From positions 21,824,001-21,888,000 of the forward strand of contig NC_047067.1 of NCBI RefSeq assembly GCF_902459465.1: a DNA stretch of 64,000 nt. Direction: 5' to 3'. Both the position numbers and the translations under genes were made by a program. The notes beneath the pieces are model-generated. The model had not been told where the DNA came from. It saw only the letters and a program-made list of their open reading frames with translations, and did no database searches. Origin of the DNA: Asterias rubens. Its lineage: Eukaryota. Shown one piece after another: positions 25,101 to 37,995 of this stretch. How positions within the stretch are numbered: the first letter of the stretch is position 1; each line of letters opens with the position of its first letter.

Positions 25101-28100
25101 AACAAGTCAGGCTGCCTTGTGTTTTACAACTTTATGATGTTGACTACATTATGCTCTGTTGACTACATTATGCTCTGCTTGGCATGTGTTGAAAACAAAG
25201 ATTGCAAAGACGAAGGAAGCAGTGTCACTTGTTGCACCATCATGTTAACTTTTGGTACACATTTTGTTGTGTTTTGGGGGTTTTTTCTCATGATTTTGGT
25301 CCTGTAAAAAAATGTTCCGGTCCAGTAAAGATTCTGAGCAACCAGCCCCGTGGTCTTCTTCTTGTTTTTTTGTGTGTGTTTTTTGGGTCAAAATTTGAGC
25401 ACTGATGTGTGGAAACGCTTTTTACAATAAAAAGACTTCCTGATTTGTGGAAGTGAGTTGAATTAAAACCCTAACCCTGAAACCACTGGACTCTGACCGT
25501 TGCCCTGGCTCAGATTGTGAAGTTTTAACAGTGTTTCCTCGGGGAGTGCAATTAAAGGTCACGCCTGGGGATATACTGTTTATGTGGCACATAACCACAG
25601 ACTTCATTCTTTCATTTTACGCTGACATTTTTCGAGGGTACAAAATTCAAAGGTTACTTGAAGTCTCGGGCAATCTAGGTATTTCAGGCATTTAGGCAAA
25701 CAGAAGGCTTGCTGATTACCGTAGAAAATGATTTGTTGATCTGACTTGAAGTATCTTTAGGGAAGGTGATGCAATTCTCTGTATTTTCCAGCATAACGTG
25801 AAGGCATGCAACTTAACAACTGATCAGCTGATTTTTTTTATTTTTTTTTCTTCTGACACTAGTATACACATTTTGACTGGCAATGAGGTAACTAGTGTAA
25901 GTCTATTCCCCCGGGGGACTTTAAGTGACCAGAAGAGGGACCTATTTCCTAAGGCTGGAGGCCAAGGGTAACCAGCTACTTCGAGTCAGGGCAAGAAGGC
26001 AATTGCCTTCATGGCTTCCATGAAGTATCATGCCTGTATACAATTTATAGTATAAAATACTTCATTAAATTATTATAAAAAATACTCTATATTATCAAAG
26101 TGGAGAGGCTGTATTTTATAACTTTTCAAATATTTGCTTGCAATTTTCTTTAAGGGTGCTTCTGGAAACTGGTGGAACCATATGCACTACCAGCATCACG
26201 CTAAGCCAAATGTGGTAAGTAGAATCCATCTGTTCAAGCAGGAAGCAAAAAAGAAAATCAACTCTGACAGGTCAAATGCATTCAACTTTCTCTCTCTCCG
26301 GGAGGAACAATGGGAGGGGCTTCGATCTGGAAGAACATCTAAATTTCAGCCTAAGAGACCAAACAGCTGTCACCACTAGAAGTCACAACCCGCTCACCCT
26401 TGGATCCCCATCCTAAAGAACTAACGCCTTATATCAGTCTTACTTCCCCAACACTGCAAAAGACTGGAATTCACTCCCCTCCCCTACTCAACAACCAGTA
26501 TCACTAGATAGCCCCACTAAGTTTCAGCGTACACCCATAGGAGTTCCTCCCTCCTGACCTGCAGCCGATTTCAAGAAACGCCGATTTCAAGCCCGGTTCA
26601 TACTTCCTGCGAATGCGAATGCGATACGAATGTTGACGTCACAAATTCGCAACGAATAATTCGCAGCAGTTCAACTTTGCTCAAATCACTTGCGAATATC
26701 GCTGCAAAGGGAGGGTGGTGACGTCAAATTTATGTCAAATTCGCTTCGCATTCGCAGGAAGTATGAACAGGGCTTTAATCCTATCTAGAGTTAGGACGAG
26801 TAACTTTAGGATTAAACTTAAGGTCTGCATGCTACAGTGCGGGGTTGGGACTCGTCCTAAGTCCTAATCTTAAGTCAGGAAGAGTTTGGTGAAATCGACA
26901 ACTGACCTCATTGAGTGTTGTTCCTAGTGAGGAGCTGCTCAATTATTCCATCAAGATCAAGACACTAGGTGGCAGCATATCAGACTCATAAGCGCTAAGT
27001 TCAGAATGTCTTAAATTAACACTGTACGGGGAAGACTGAACTACAAGACATTTTTTTCTTAAGGTGCTTTGCCTCGGGCGTGCTCTTCCTTACCCAACAT
27101 TTATTTCATACTTCTACTTGCAAAAGAATGTATTATAGGACAAAAATCAATTTGTGCTGCACTCTGCTTGCCAACCCACTTCGCCTATGGTCATAAATGC
27201 ACCATTATTATTTTCATTAATATTACTTTGCACCATTATTATTATCATTAATATTACTTTTTTTTAAAGCTATGTACAGCAGAAGAAGTGTTAGCTATAA
27301 TCTTCCCTCTCTCTCTCTCTCTCTCTCTCTTTTCCCGCCTTTTTTAGATGAAAAAAGATCCTGATGTGAGACTAGAAGCCCTCTTTGTTGTGGGCGAGAA
27401 CATGCCAAAGAAAATCGCAGAGGAAGGGAAATCTGTCATGCCTTACAATCACCAACACAAGTATTTCTTTATCAGTAAGTTGAACCAGCACTCCTCAATA
27501 TATGCTTGGTTTTCAAACTTATCGAAGGCTGACACATTCTCGATTTTCACCCTGTTATTTAAAACAAACCAAACAGAGCAGTGTTTTAAGAGAGTTTTTA
27601 AAATCAAACCAGTCTTCTTTGGTACATGGTTTGCTGAACGCCTATTTTGATCCAAATGTAGCACAAACCAATGGGCAGTCTAAATCTAGTCTGGCATCCT
27701 GTGTGGTGCATATGACCCAACATTTTTGACCCAACAAAAGTCATCTAATCGCAAAGTGTCACTACTCTCCATTGTATTGCCGTTTCAGTTTAAAGGCAAC
27801 AAAAATTGTAAACATTCCGGATTGTGACTTTAAAAAAAGTTTGAAAGTTTGGCAAAAGATGGCATTATTTGCTATTTTGTTCATTGACTATGAAATGTCG
27901 GTTTCCATGTTGTTGAAGTAACATGTGATAGTTAAGTTTAATTTACAATCTTTTTATACGAAGAAGAATGTAATTAACCTTGTTTGTACAATTTGTATAA
28001 ATGTGTTTCTTTTTTTCTTTTTTCCTACTTGCAGTTGGCCCACCACTTCTTTTCCCGGTCTACTTCCAATTTATGACTTTTTATTTTTGTATCACACGCA

Positions 28101-31100
28101 GGGAATGGATGGTGAGTTGTTGTACAATAATGCCTCATGTTTGATTCTTCTCATCTTTGATGAGAAACGCAAAGACAAAGAGTCAAATCTATAGATAAGT
28201 TTGAAAGCCGGACCAGACCTGCATCTGTTGTTTAGTGAATCACTGCAAAGCTATAATAATTAATTAAATCCCTCACGAGTGCAGTTTTAGACAATATGTT
28301 TAAGATCTGAGTGAAACTCTTACAAGTATGAATTCATCAGCATTCTTCCTTAGCAGTGGTCCGTCGGCCAAATGCCAGTTAAAACAGCTGAGGTCCTGAC
28401 ACAGTACACTCAAAGTGTTTAAGCTGGCTAGTTCAGCGTTGAAAAGTATCCCTGTTTCATTTGAAATAGGGACCAGTGATAAATTGAGATGGTTACCTTG
28501 GTCAAGTGGTTAGACTAACGGACTTGCAATCTCGAGGTTGTGGGTTCTAATTCTACCAAGCTAACAAACAAGTATTGACCTCTAGTTACTGAATCACAAT
28601 TTCTTGATTTATTGACGTTAAGTTAAGTCAATGGTTGGATGAGAGAAATTGGCTGTTGCCAGCAAAAAAAATTAAAATAAAATTGAAAAATGACAAGCCA
28701 ACTGGGGTCGGTTTCACAAAGACATATGACTAGTCCTAACATAGGACTAGTCCTAGGAAATATTAAGAACTTAAGGCCAGACGAGTAACTCGTTCTTACT
28801 CGAGATAAAACTAGTCTTAACTTTGGATGAAACCCACCCTAGGTCCTGCTGGCAACCGAGTAAAATTTGTTTAAAGGCAAACCCTTTTTCATGTTTCTAT
28901 TTTGTGTTTCTTCTAGGATCTGTTTTTGATGATGACCTTCTATGTGCGTTTCTTCATATGGTATATTCCCCTGCTAGGAATCTTCAAGGCAGTTCTACTC
29001 TTTGAAGTCATGAGGTAAGACCTGCACAAGACCTAAGTAGAAATGTTAGAACTTTCTCTCAGTTTAGTTTGTCTACCTGGTGAAGAAACGCAGTTGTTTT
29101 TTTCACCGGATTGAAAAGAAATCTTGCTCTCCGGTCTACTGAGTATTCTGTTGATTGTTTTCTTATAAAACGGTCTAGATTGTGGGATGGAGAGTAACAC
29201 GCACCAGGCATAGAGTTCCAATGAGATGCAGTATGTGGAATAAAGCTGTTGAAATGGCTTTTTGTTCTACATCTTGGCTAAGGAAGAAGAAGCAGAATGC
29301 ATGGTTTCACGCTCACAATTTGGTTGTTTTTACTTGTGTCAAACAGTGGCTTAAAACTGATCGCCAATATAAAACCAATGTGATATTTCCGTCCTAGCGC
29401 CAACGTTGGCCCAATGTTGGAAACAAACATAATGCCAACGCCGATATTAGCCAAAAGCTGTCACAATATCAACACCAACGTTGCACCCACAAAAACAGCA
29501 TTGGCCCAATGTATGACTGTTTCCTAGGGATACAGTGATGTAGGACAAGAAAGTTAGGTGTTCCTATCTTAGGGATAAATACTTTAATTTTATCATTTTA
29601 AATTTTTATTATTTTTTTTAACTTAACGTAGGGTTTGTGAGAGCATATGGTTTACGTGGGTGGCTCAGTCCAACCATATACCCATGAACATCGAGGAAGA
29701 TACTGGGAAACCATGGTTACAACTTCAGGTAAGATAATTAGCATAATTATTCATTCATTAGCATAGTGATTCATTCATTAGCATAGATATTCATTCATAT
29801 ATACCGGGAAGAGTTTGTGATTGGTCGAAACATGATCAGGTGGTAGTAGTTTCATTGGTGTTAATTGAAAGTGCAGTGAAGAGAATCAGTTGTTTACACA
29901 ATGAGGCCTGAGCCCGATTTCAAAAAGCTGCTTAGCAGAAAATACGGCAAGAAAATTTCTTTTATATTAGCGAAAGCTGCGGTCAGCATCTAACCAAAAG
30001 TTATTGTTGCTATTAATTTTAAGAGTGACATCCAAGCATATACCTTCCATTAAAACAGCGATGGATTAATGTTTTGAATTGTTGTTTATGATTTTTGTTG
30101 TCTTTGTTTGTATTTACAGTTGAGTGCGACATGCAATATCGTTCAGTCTGCCTTCAATGATTGGTTTACAGGTCATCTGAATTTCCAGATCGAACACCAG
30201 TGAGTAAACAATTGAGCGTCCTTACCTCAAATAAACACCGATTGAACACTATAAAATTTCATTTCATTACACATCTTTAGCCTTTTCACAAAGGTAAATG
30301 TAGCCAAGGGGAGTCCCTGGGAATTTGTTGTACCCCATGGTAGCCCCGGCGCTGTTTCACCCTGGCCCTTGCTTCGATGCCCCCTGGAAATGTTCAAGTA
30401 GGAATTGAACTGTCCGAAATAGCGATGCCATTTACTGAGGGCAAACCGCCTTGCCTCTTACAAGAACGATGCATGCCACAAACATTAACGTGACTGTCTC
30501 TTTGTTTGCCTCCCCAGCCTGTTCCCCACGATGCCAAGACACAATCTACACCGCATCGCTCCGATGGCCAGGTCCCTCTGCAAGAAACACGGCGTCGACT
30601 ACCAACTCAAGACACTTGGCTCGGCACTCATAGACATTGTAACGTAAGTCCAAATAGAACATGGTCAGGGCCCAAAGTTGTGCTCCTGCTTATTTCAAGC
30701 AAAGAATCGGCAGCAGGGAATTCTGCGCCAACATCAAGCATATTTCACAGGAATTTTAGCTTACAAGTGCACGTGCCAACTCAATGTTACTAGGCATTCT
30801 CCGCTTACACAGCTAGCGCAGATATTGTAAGCGCAGAATTTGGTGGTACGCAGAGCCATGAAGGTGGGCCCGGATGACAGCATTGTTTTATTTCAGAGTT
30901 GTCTGTAAATGCTGCGCAGGCAGTTGCACTAGACTCAAGAAACTGAAACGCCTTAACCTAAAAACTTTATTCTCCAATTTTGTTAATGGTCCGAAGCACA
31001 ATTCAGAACTGAAGAAACTTAATAGAATGAGATTTGTGATCGTACGGTTTTCATGAGAAATTTCAATTTTTTTCTACTTTGTCTCCTATAGGTCACTGGA

Positions 31101-31155
31101 GAAATCTGGCAAGATCTGGTTTGACGCCTACTACAGCCTCAGACACGACCTTTGA
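16152..31155 (+). CDS. FADS: Cytochrome b5-fused front-end fatty acyl desaturase, FADS1/FADS2 family (450 aa)
   Basis: Exons 16152-16379, 18195-18341, 19420-19566, 23378-23479, 26155-26214, 27348-27474, 28035-28111, 28917-29014, 29632-29728, 30120-30199, 30518-30643, 31092-31155; GT-AG, 1353 nt. Heme motif HPGG, His boxes HDLGH, HYQHH, QIEHH. AATAAA occurs ~50 nt after the stop. Confidence 0.96.
17100..17282 (-). mobile_element. tRNA-Leu-derived SINE, body type 3 (partial)
   Basis: Plus strand reads ACCGGGACTCAAACCCACACTCTGCGGATCAGAAACACCAGAGCTTGA...GCTCTTAACCG, the reverse complement of the head at 38744. Confidence 0.8.
22965..23335. repeat. Degenerate ~45-bp minisatellite in desaturase intron 3
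   Basis: About 8 copies of a TTCCCTTTAACTGTCAGCT..TTTCTTGAGATCTTG..GGATCAACT-like unit, ending ~40 nt before the exon 4 acceptor. Confidence 0.7.
23812..24011 (-). mobile_element. tRNA(Glu-like)-derived SINE with V-domain-like core
   Basis: Minus strand: GGTTAGCGAAGTGGTAA..CCTTTCACCTCTGGAACCCTGGTTCGAAT followed by GTGGGTTTTCCATGG...GGATTTTCCTCCCACA, resembling the V-SINE central domain. Confidence 0.7.
24465..24640. mobile_element. TTAA-type MITE family A, right-end fragment
   Basis: CTTCGTGTGTCAAGGGTGTTTTTTCTTTCAT...GAGATACACCAAGTGAGAAGACTGGTC..AATTACCAATAGTGTCCA matches 59990-60094. Confidence 0.75.
26300..26500 (+). mobile_element. CR1-group LINE ORF2 3' fragment (decayed)
   Basis: Translates as ...[35 protein letters not shown], the typical TRxH...SY/FFP.T..DWNSLP C-terminus of CR1/L2-group ORF2, with an in-frame stop. 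Confidence 0.65.
26560..26900. mobile_element. MITE family E copy interrupted by a second MITE (26589-26775)
   Basis: Outer ends GCAGCCGATTTCA / GGTGAAATCGAC. Inner TIRs AAGCCCGGTTCATACTTCCTGCGAATGCGAA / TTCGCATTCGCAGGAAGTATGAACAGGGCTT. Confidence 0.8.
28704..28848. mobile_element. MITE family E relative
   Basis: GGGTCGGTTTCACAAAG...GACGAGTAACTCG...GATGAAACCCACCC; homologous to 46322-46463. Confidence 0.7.
30668..30871. mobile_element. Harbinger-like MITE family F, inverted relative to the 33380 copy
   Basis: GGGCCC ends; internal CAGCAGGGAATTCTG and GTTACTAGGCATTCT are reverse complements of 33465-33555. Confidence 0.7.
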
Positions 31156-33379
31156 GGACAAAGGTCACAGAGTTTAAGGTCACAGATCACGAGGGAAATA
31201 TCATGTAATAAATGAAACGTGTGTGGACGCTTATTATGATTGTTCATTATTACAAAAACAGCAGCCGATAAATTTCAAATAAACAAAGGTTATAAAAGTG
31301 ATTGGAGTTTGGTTTTCACAGATGTAAGATAGGGGGACCTTTTTTATGAGGATGTCTGCCATTTTGTTTTTCTTCCATTCAAATCGAAAACCAAAGAGAG
31401 GTTTGATGGGGACAAATGTGTAGCCTTGGTTTGGTGCACTGGTATTTATTTCAGGTATTGGTTGTAGTCAAAAGCAGAACAGTTCTTTTTCAGAACTTAG
31501 AAACATCCCAAGTTCCGAAAAAAATACTCTGTCACAGTAGAATAAACCCTCAAAAGTCACACATGTGAAAGAGGTTGCCTAAGTTCACATAGAACTTCTT
31601 TTCTTACATTTGCTTAGCACTATGAATTTTTTGCTTAGCAGTAAACGAGTGACCAACCAAGTTTGTGATGTTTACTGCTTTGCTTAAAGTTGTCTAAAAT
31701 AGTTGGTTAATGAAGGTGCATTTGATGCAAAGTTTTCCCGAGCGTGGATATTTAAAGATGTTTTCTCGATCACAACAAAATTTTAGTTTAAAAGAATTTT
31801 GTACTTGTCTGTTTTAATATATTTTGGAAGAGTACCTAAATTAAAATTAAAATTTAGATTTTATTTTTGGGTAACTAGTTGACTAAATGAATTTGTTTTC
31901 TAACTTGGTTTGGTGAACTTTGACCTTCCTGAGGCTGATTTGAATTGAAGTGAACTTAATAAAGGGAAGAAAGTTCTGTGAACTTTTAATGGTGTTATTT
32001 GCAATAAATCTTAAAATTCCCTACAAATTTGCTACTTGTGTGTTGATCAACATCCACAAACGACTGAAAATAGTGTCTAAACACAAACTGTCGTAACTCC
32101 TATTATATACGGCTCTAAAAGGGTGAAATTTTATACGTTTTTGTTAATGTTGATAACGTTCGGCCCGTGAATCAGATTAGTAAAGGGCGCCTCTCATCGG
32201 CTCGCTGAGCGTGATGTAAACATCTTACTATTTTTACACTATGTTACAGTGGTGGTGCAGAATGATCTGTGCAAATTGACTGGCATGCTTATCCGAAAAG
32301 CTTTCGTTTATTGTTTATTACCCAATTGTCCTAATTGTTGTTCACGTCCGCTCTGACTACTAATTTGCATGAAATGTTTTCTTTTGTCTTATGTAGCAAT
32401 GGCTACAAATTGGTTATTTATGTTAAACATATTTCCAAATCATTATTTTACCTTATATAAAATCTTGAAAATCAAGATAAACTCAAAAATAATTTCCTTT
32501 TTTTTTTTTTTTTTTTTCAAATTAAAAATTGCATAAGTTAATCCCTGTTTTACCTTAGAACTAAAACCCTTAATGTATTAAGTGATGAGTTAACCAATTA
32601 AATCAACGGTCTTGTATGTGTGTGTTGTACTGTGCTCGTTTGCGCTTGTTTAGTTTCCCCCTCGCCCCTGTGATGCTCCGCCCAACCTAACCCATAATCC
32701 TGCCCACAATGACATGTCATTATTCCACTCTAATCCCAACCCTTGGATGCAGAGGGTCTGGAAATTCCTTGGAAGTTCAAAAGTTTTATTCAAATATTGT
32801 TTTTTTTTTTCAACTCCCAACTATCAAATATCTCAAAAGCAGCAGCCTAAACAGTTTTTCCAATCATTTGAAGCAAGTAAGATCACACCTTACTAAAGTT
32901 CCATCGAAATAAATACATTAAAAATCAAACGGAGTATGCACAGGGAAGTGCTTATAATAAATTGAAAATAACAACTCTTATTCAATATATTAAATATTGA
33001 TTTGGCAAAGCAATTAATAGATATCTGTTCCTCGTATATGTGATTTTCTAAAGTATTCTTAAGTTTATGAAATAAATTAAAGTAGTATAGTATATGAGTA
33101 TTACATGCAGTTATTAATACTATGACGTCACACACAAACCAGCCAGTATTAGTAGTAACCTTTTTATACAAAAATCACAATAATCTTGGTCATTGTTTAC
33201 CATGGTTACAGTTAAAATAACAAAGAGATTTTACTAAGGTTTCAAGTATTACATAGGCAGTGTGAAGTAGAAGGACATTCTAGTATTAGTTTGTCATTAA
33301 ATAGCCTGGAAACGTCTCTTACAGCCTATACATAGTGGGTCAGGCTTTGTACTCTGTTCCGACTTTTTTCAAAGGACCA

Positions 33380-33604
33380 GGGCCCAATTTCATGGCTCTG
33401 CTTACCGCCGAATTCTGTGCTTATGATCATGATTACCCGCGCTAACCTTGTAAGCATAGAATGCCTAGTAACGTGGAGTACACATGCGCAGAAGCCAAAA
33501 TTCGCCGCTAACCCGTGAAATACGCTTGCCGTAAGCACAGAATTCCCTGCTTCCGTAAGCGCCGATTCTGTGCTTACGGTAAGCAGAGCCATGAAATTGG
33601 GCCC
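33380..33604. mobile_element. Harbinger-like MITE family F
   Basis: Perfect 28-bp TIRs GGGCCCAATTTCATGGCTCTGCTTACCG / CGGTAAGCAGAGCCATGAAATTGGGCCC. Confidence 0.85.
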
Positions 33605-33616
33605 CGATATCATGCC

Positions 33617-33780
33617 TGCAGCCGATTTCACGAAATGCTAGGATTAATCCTATTTTGAGTTAGGACGAGTTTTAGGATGGGTTCTAATGAGTCGTACGCC
33701 TTTGGATATGGAACATAACTCATCCTAAGTCCTAAGATAAATCCTTAGTTAGGAAGAGTTTGGTGAAATCGACGGCTGCA
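33617..33780. mobile_element. MITE family E
   Basis: TGCAGCCGATTTCACGAAA...TTTGGTGAAATCGACGGCTGCA ends; internal TTAGGACGAG and CTAAGTCCTAAG; homologous to 54611-54782. Confidence 0.8.
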
Positions 33781-35544
33781 TTAATAACTTTAATACTTCT
33801 TTTCTATATGTTCTTTGGGAATTATTGGGACTGACATTTTGTAAATAAGATTACTAATTTCTATCCTATGAGGAAGTATTTACTAAATCCAAAGAAAATT
33901 GGCTCTTCCATTTCTATGACTACCCGGTGTCTTTAACTGGTTACATAGGGTTGTCTGATGGGTGGTGGAATATAATTATATCAGTCGGCATTTCAACCCA
34001 GAGGTATTAATTTCTAAATTGGAGAAAAAATTACATAAGTTTGGACATAGTCCGTCGAGTTTGTTGTTTTACAATGTAACGCTACATCTAACAAATGCCA
34101 TTTTTTTTTTACTTTTGCATTGAGCTGTGTCAAGCTTTCTAATTTGTCTACCCAGCCAAGTGGTTTACCAAGGTATTTGATATGTCGACGTCACTCTACT
34201 TACATGTAGAGTCGCTACGTTAAGATATTTAGTATATATGCAATACGCTTAGTTATCGCTCAAAACTGATGTGTCATTCATTGTGAAAAATTTCCGATTG
34301 TAAAGATGTCCGAAGTGGGAACTATCGGTAATGCTTATCTGCTAGACATGAATATGTAGATTATTTGGCTAATAAATATAAACAAGATGCACTGTTGTGC
34401 AGGATGATTGAATATTATTCCTGGTATTTAGATCACAAATCAGAAAGTTGGAATGTGTAAAAAATCATTTGCATGATTTATAATCATTTGCATGATGTAA
34501 TATGATTGATTTGAAAATGTACATTGATGAAAACTTTCTCGTGATTTGGGGACTGGATGATATCAATTTTGTTTTGTATTAAATATTGTATTAACAAATT
34601 GTAAATTGTATTAATAAATTGTCGAAGTAGCGTAGGACATTTTCTGTAAAAAAAAGATCACTAAGAAATTTAACAGGCCGGCAATAGTTGAAATCAACAT
34701 TGGTTGATCATATTTATTTGAACTATCATTCAAAAAAGTTAGTTGATTTTTGTCCCCAAGTGCAACTCAAGTTCCAGAGCGTGCATCAAATGCACATTCA
34801 TTTGAATAAAAAGGCGGTAACTTTTGTAAGATTTGCCAATGATTTACGCTGGATCTAAAAGGCTTGAAAATTGAAATGATAAATCTTTTAGAATCACAAA
34901 AAATTAATAATTCACTTTTGTACTTAGCCGTGTTGAAATGGCCAACTGTAATTGGATCACACAATCTTTTTTCATGCACAATTGTGCTCAGATAAAAAAT
35001 GATTTTCTAAAAAACCACCCTCCCTCAAATACAACATGCACAGCTGCAGTGCTCCTTAAACATCTAAATTGTTATGGTTATAAATTGTTGGAGTAACCAG
35101 ATAAGGTATACCCTTATGCCCTGTAACTGGGCACTGTATTTCTGACAGTTAAGCAGAGGTGCAAGGGTTTCCCATTCTTCTTGAAAAAGGGTAAACAAAC
35201 TGTGATGTCATCAGAGCTAAGGTCTGTTCCGAAATGGCCTCAGTGGCATTGATGAAGCTAGTTGTGCACAATTTGGGAGACTATTTTTGTTTTACGATTT
35301 TGAACCATTCTTTCTCTTTTAAGAGCAGCTAATGTTGATCATGATGCTATGGACAAACCTGTGTAGATTGAGCAGAAATAAAGTTGCACTGCTGATTGTG
35401 AATCTGTGGGTCTAAACTTGAGTTTATTCTGTGTCAAAAAAGTTATTATTATTAATGATATTTTTTCTTCAATTAATTGTTTTAATGAGAGTCGTCTAAC
35501 ATCACAAGGTCACAGACGGCCACTTGGGGTGTGAACCCAAATCA

Positions 35545-35815
35545 ACTGTCGCCAGGGCAGTTACAACGTACTCCAGGGGCTGAAACAGGATTACCCCCTT
35601 CAAAGTCAGTCAGGGTGTAGGCATGTCTATCATCCAGCTATCAGCCTGGCTGGTAGAGCAGAATGCACCACCTCCTTGACTTTTTACAAAGCAATTATGG
35701 TCGAGCGTTTTGCTCCGGCACAAGTGTCATGACAAGGATTCGAACCCACACTCTGCTACGGACAACCAGAGCTAACTGCTTGGGTTCAATGACCTAGACC
35801 GCTCGGCCACGACCC
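35545..35815 (-). mobile_element. tRNA-Leu-derived SINE, body type 2
   Basis: Plus strand GGATTCGAACCCACACTCTGC...CCGCTCGGCCACGAC is the reverse complement of the head; the body matches the reverse complement of 9140-9260. Confidence 0.75.
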
Positions 35816-35874
35816 GCCATATTGCACAATAATTAGGATTTATATAAGGTTTTGTCCGAAAAATGTGACCAAAT

Positions 35875-36449
35875 ATGACAATCAAGTACATAGATGTCGA
35901 CAGCTTTTCAATTCTGTACAAGACCTATAAGGCCACATGCGGAATATTTTGTTCAAGTCTGGAACCCTGGATTACAGGACAAACATGTTTTAGAAAAGGT
36001 ACAGAGGAGAGCTACCAAGTTGGTGCCACAGTTGAAAAGCCTCCCCTACACAGAAAGACTTCAAGCCTTGAACTTATACACACTAGAACAAAGACGACTG
36101 AGAGGTGACCTTATTGAAACCTTTAAGCTGCTCAAGGGACTGGAGAAAGTCGACTGCAAGAAATTCTTTAATACAGCTAGAAACACCAGTACAAGGGGCC
36201 ACTCTCTTAAATTGTACAAGCCGACTCTCAACAAAAACATTGGGTGCAGAAGGAACTTCTTTTCACAGCGAATCATTAACGATTGGAACAGTCTCCCACA
36301 CAAAGTAGTAAATGCCAAGACAGTGTCAACTTTCAAGAAAGAGCTCGATGCCTATTGGAAGGAATCAATTATAGGATATGGGGTCACAAAGGCATTAAGC
36401 CTAAACCATTTCTCCCATCAATCGTAAGTTTTGTAAGTAAAGTAAGTAA
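35875..36449 (+). mobile_element. 5'-truncated CR1 LINE (ORF2 C-terminus, one frameshift, (GTAA)n tail)
   Basis: LYKTY/RPHAEY..QVWNP...LEKVQRRATKLVP.LKSLPYTERL..LNLYTLEQRRLRGDLIETFK...TRGHSLKLYK...FFSQRIINDWNSLP is the classic CR1 ORF2 end. A 1-nt frameshift lies near 35927, and the tail is GTAAGTAAAGTAAGTAA. Confidence 0.92.
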
Positions 36450-37995
36450 ATCAAAGTGTTTCACTGATCAAGAATAATATGATTTGTTTTGTCTCACATC
36501 AAAGTATGTAAGAACAACACAGGAGCGTCCCTACTAAGGACAGCGCGTCGTATCGATACCTCTCGTCACTAACCCTCCAAAGGGAAGCATTAAAAAACAA
36601 TGCTGATTGGCTGACCGAAAGTAACTGATTTGCATGCGCGCTTGTGTGTCGCTTGTAGGACGATCATTATGCGCATGTCAAAATGCAAGTACTTTTACGC
36701 CAATTCCATTTCAAATGACTCGTATTTTGTACATCTTCACCCTAAACTGCTTACAAGTAGACGTGTTAGAACCCAGTTACACTTATGGCTAAGAGAAGGG
36801 GTTGGCCCCCGTGTTTCCGGCAGTGGCTGCCAAGGGCACCGCAGCACCTTGTAAACCCGTAAGGTGCTACATAAAAGGGTCTCATAATTCATTTGACAAA
36901 AAGTTCTGAAATAAAGATCAAAGTTTCAAGATGCTTGAAATGATGACATTTCAACCTTTTAGTCACCCCCAGAGTAATAGATTTCTATAAGCTTCTAAGA
37001 ACAGTATCTTCAGTGCAAGAGAAGTAGATCAAAGAGCAGGATTTCCTCATAAAATATCAAAAGTAACAGCTTTGTTTTCACCAAGCAAACATAAACAAAA
37101 GCTCATACAAGACAAACTGTTTTATATAATCAAAGTTTAATTTATTTTCTTTTTGTGTATTCACAGTTGTACAATTACATCAATAATAATAATAATAATA
37201 GAAGGCTGCTACAAAAACATTCATGTTCGCTTTCATACCAGCTCACAATTCTTACACATTGGGAATAATATTCTAGTTTCCCCAACAAAAAAATCGGTTG
37301 GAGTTTTGTTTATTTTGCTCTCAACAGACACATACATTAACAGTGGATTACCAAATATATGGTTTACCACCCTTTGCCTTCACAAAAAGCGTAACAGGGT
37401 CGTCTTTAGTGACCTTTGACACCATGATTGTTCTCCTATATAGACAATCAAATGTATTGTGATATAGATTTCAAATAACACAAGAGCTTTGAAAAAAAAC
37501 ACAGACTAAGTTAGGGCCTGCTTTTATGATGTGTCCGGGGCTGGTTTGACATTGAGTTAAGATTGACCTTAACTGCCAAGCAAAGTGTGACGTCACAATA
37601 CAAATCACTATGGTGATATCGACAACTCAACTTAAGATGAATCTTAGTGCTTAGAGAAATGGAGCCCTAATTGCTGGCATGGGGAGGGGGGGGGGCAGAT
37701 GTCACAAATATTACTTTTAAATAAGGATATTTCACCTCGAAAACAGATATGAAACAATAAAGTGAAAGTAGTGTGAGAAACAGAGTGAGGTAATATATTT
37801 CACTACTGAAGATGTTCAACAAGACATTTTGGTACTTGGAGAAAAAATTAAGACGGCCATCTATCACAAATAGACACATGAGATGTTATTTTGGTTGGTA
37901 ATCTTTCTCCCTGTGATACTGCATGGAGTTGAGGTGCAAGAAGCGCTAAGCTAAGTTAGTTTACTGATAACAGTAGAACTTGCTTATTGTGCATT

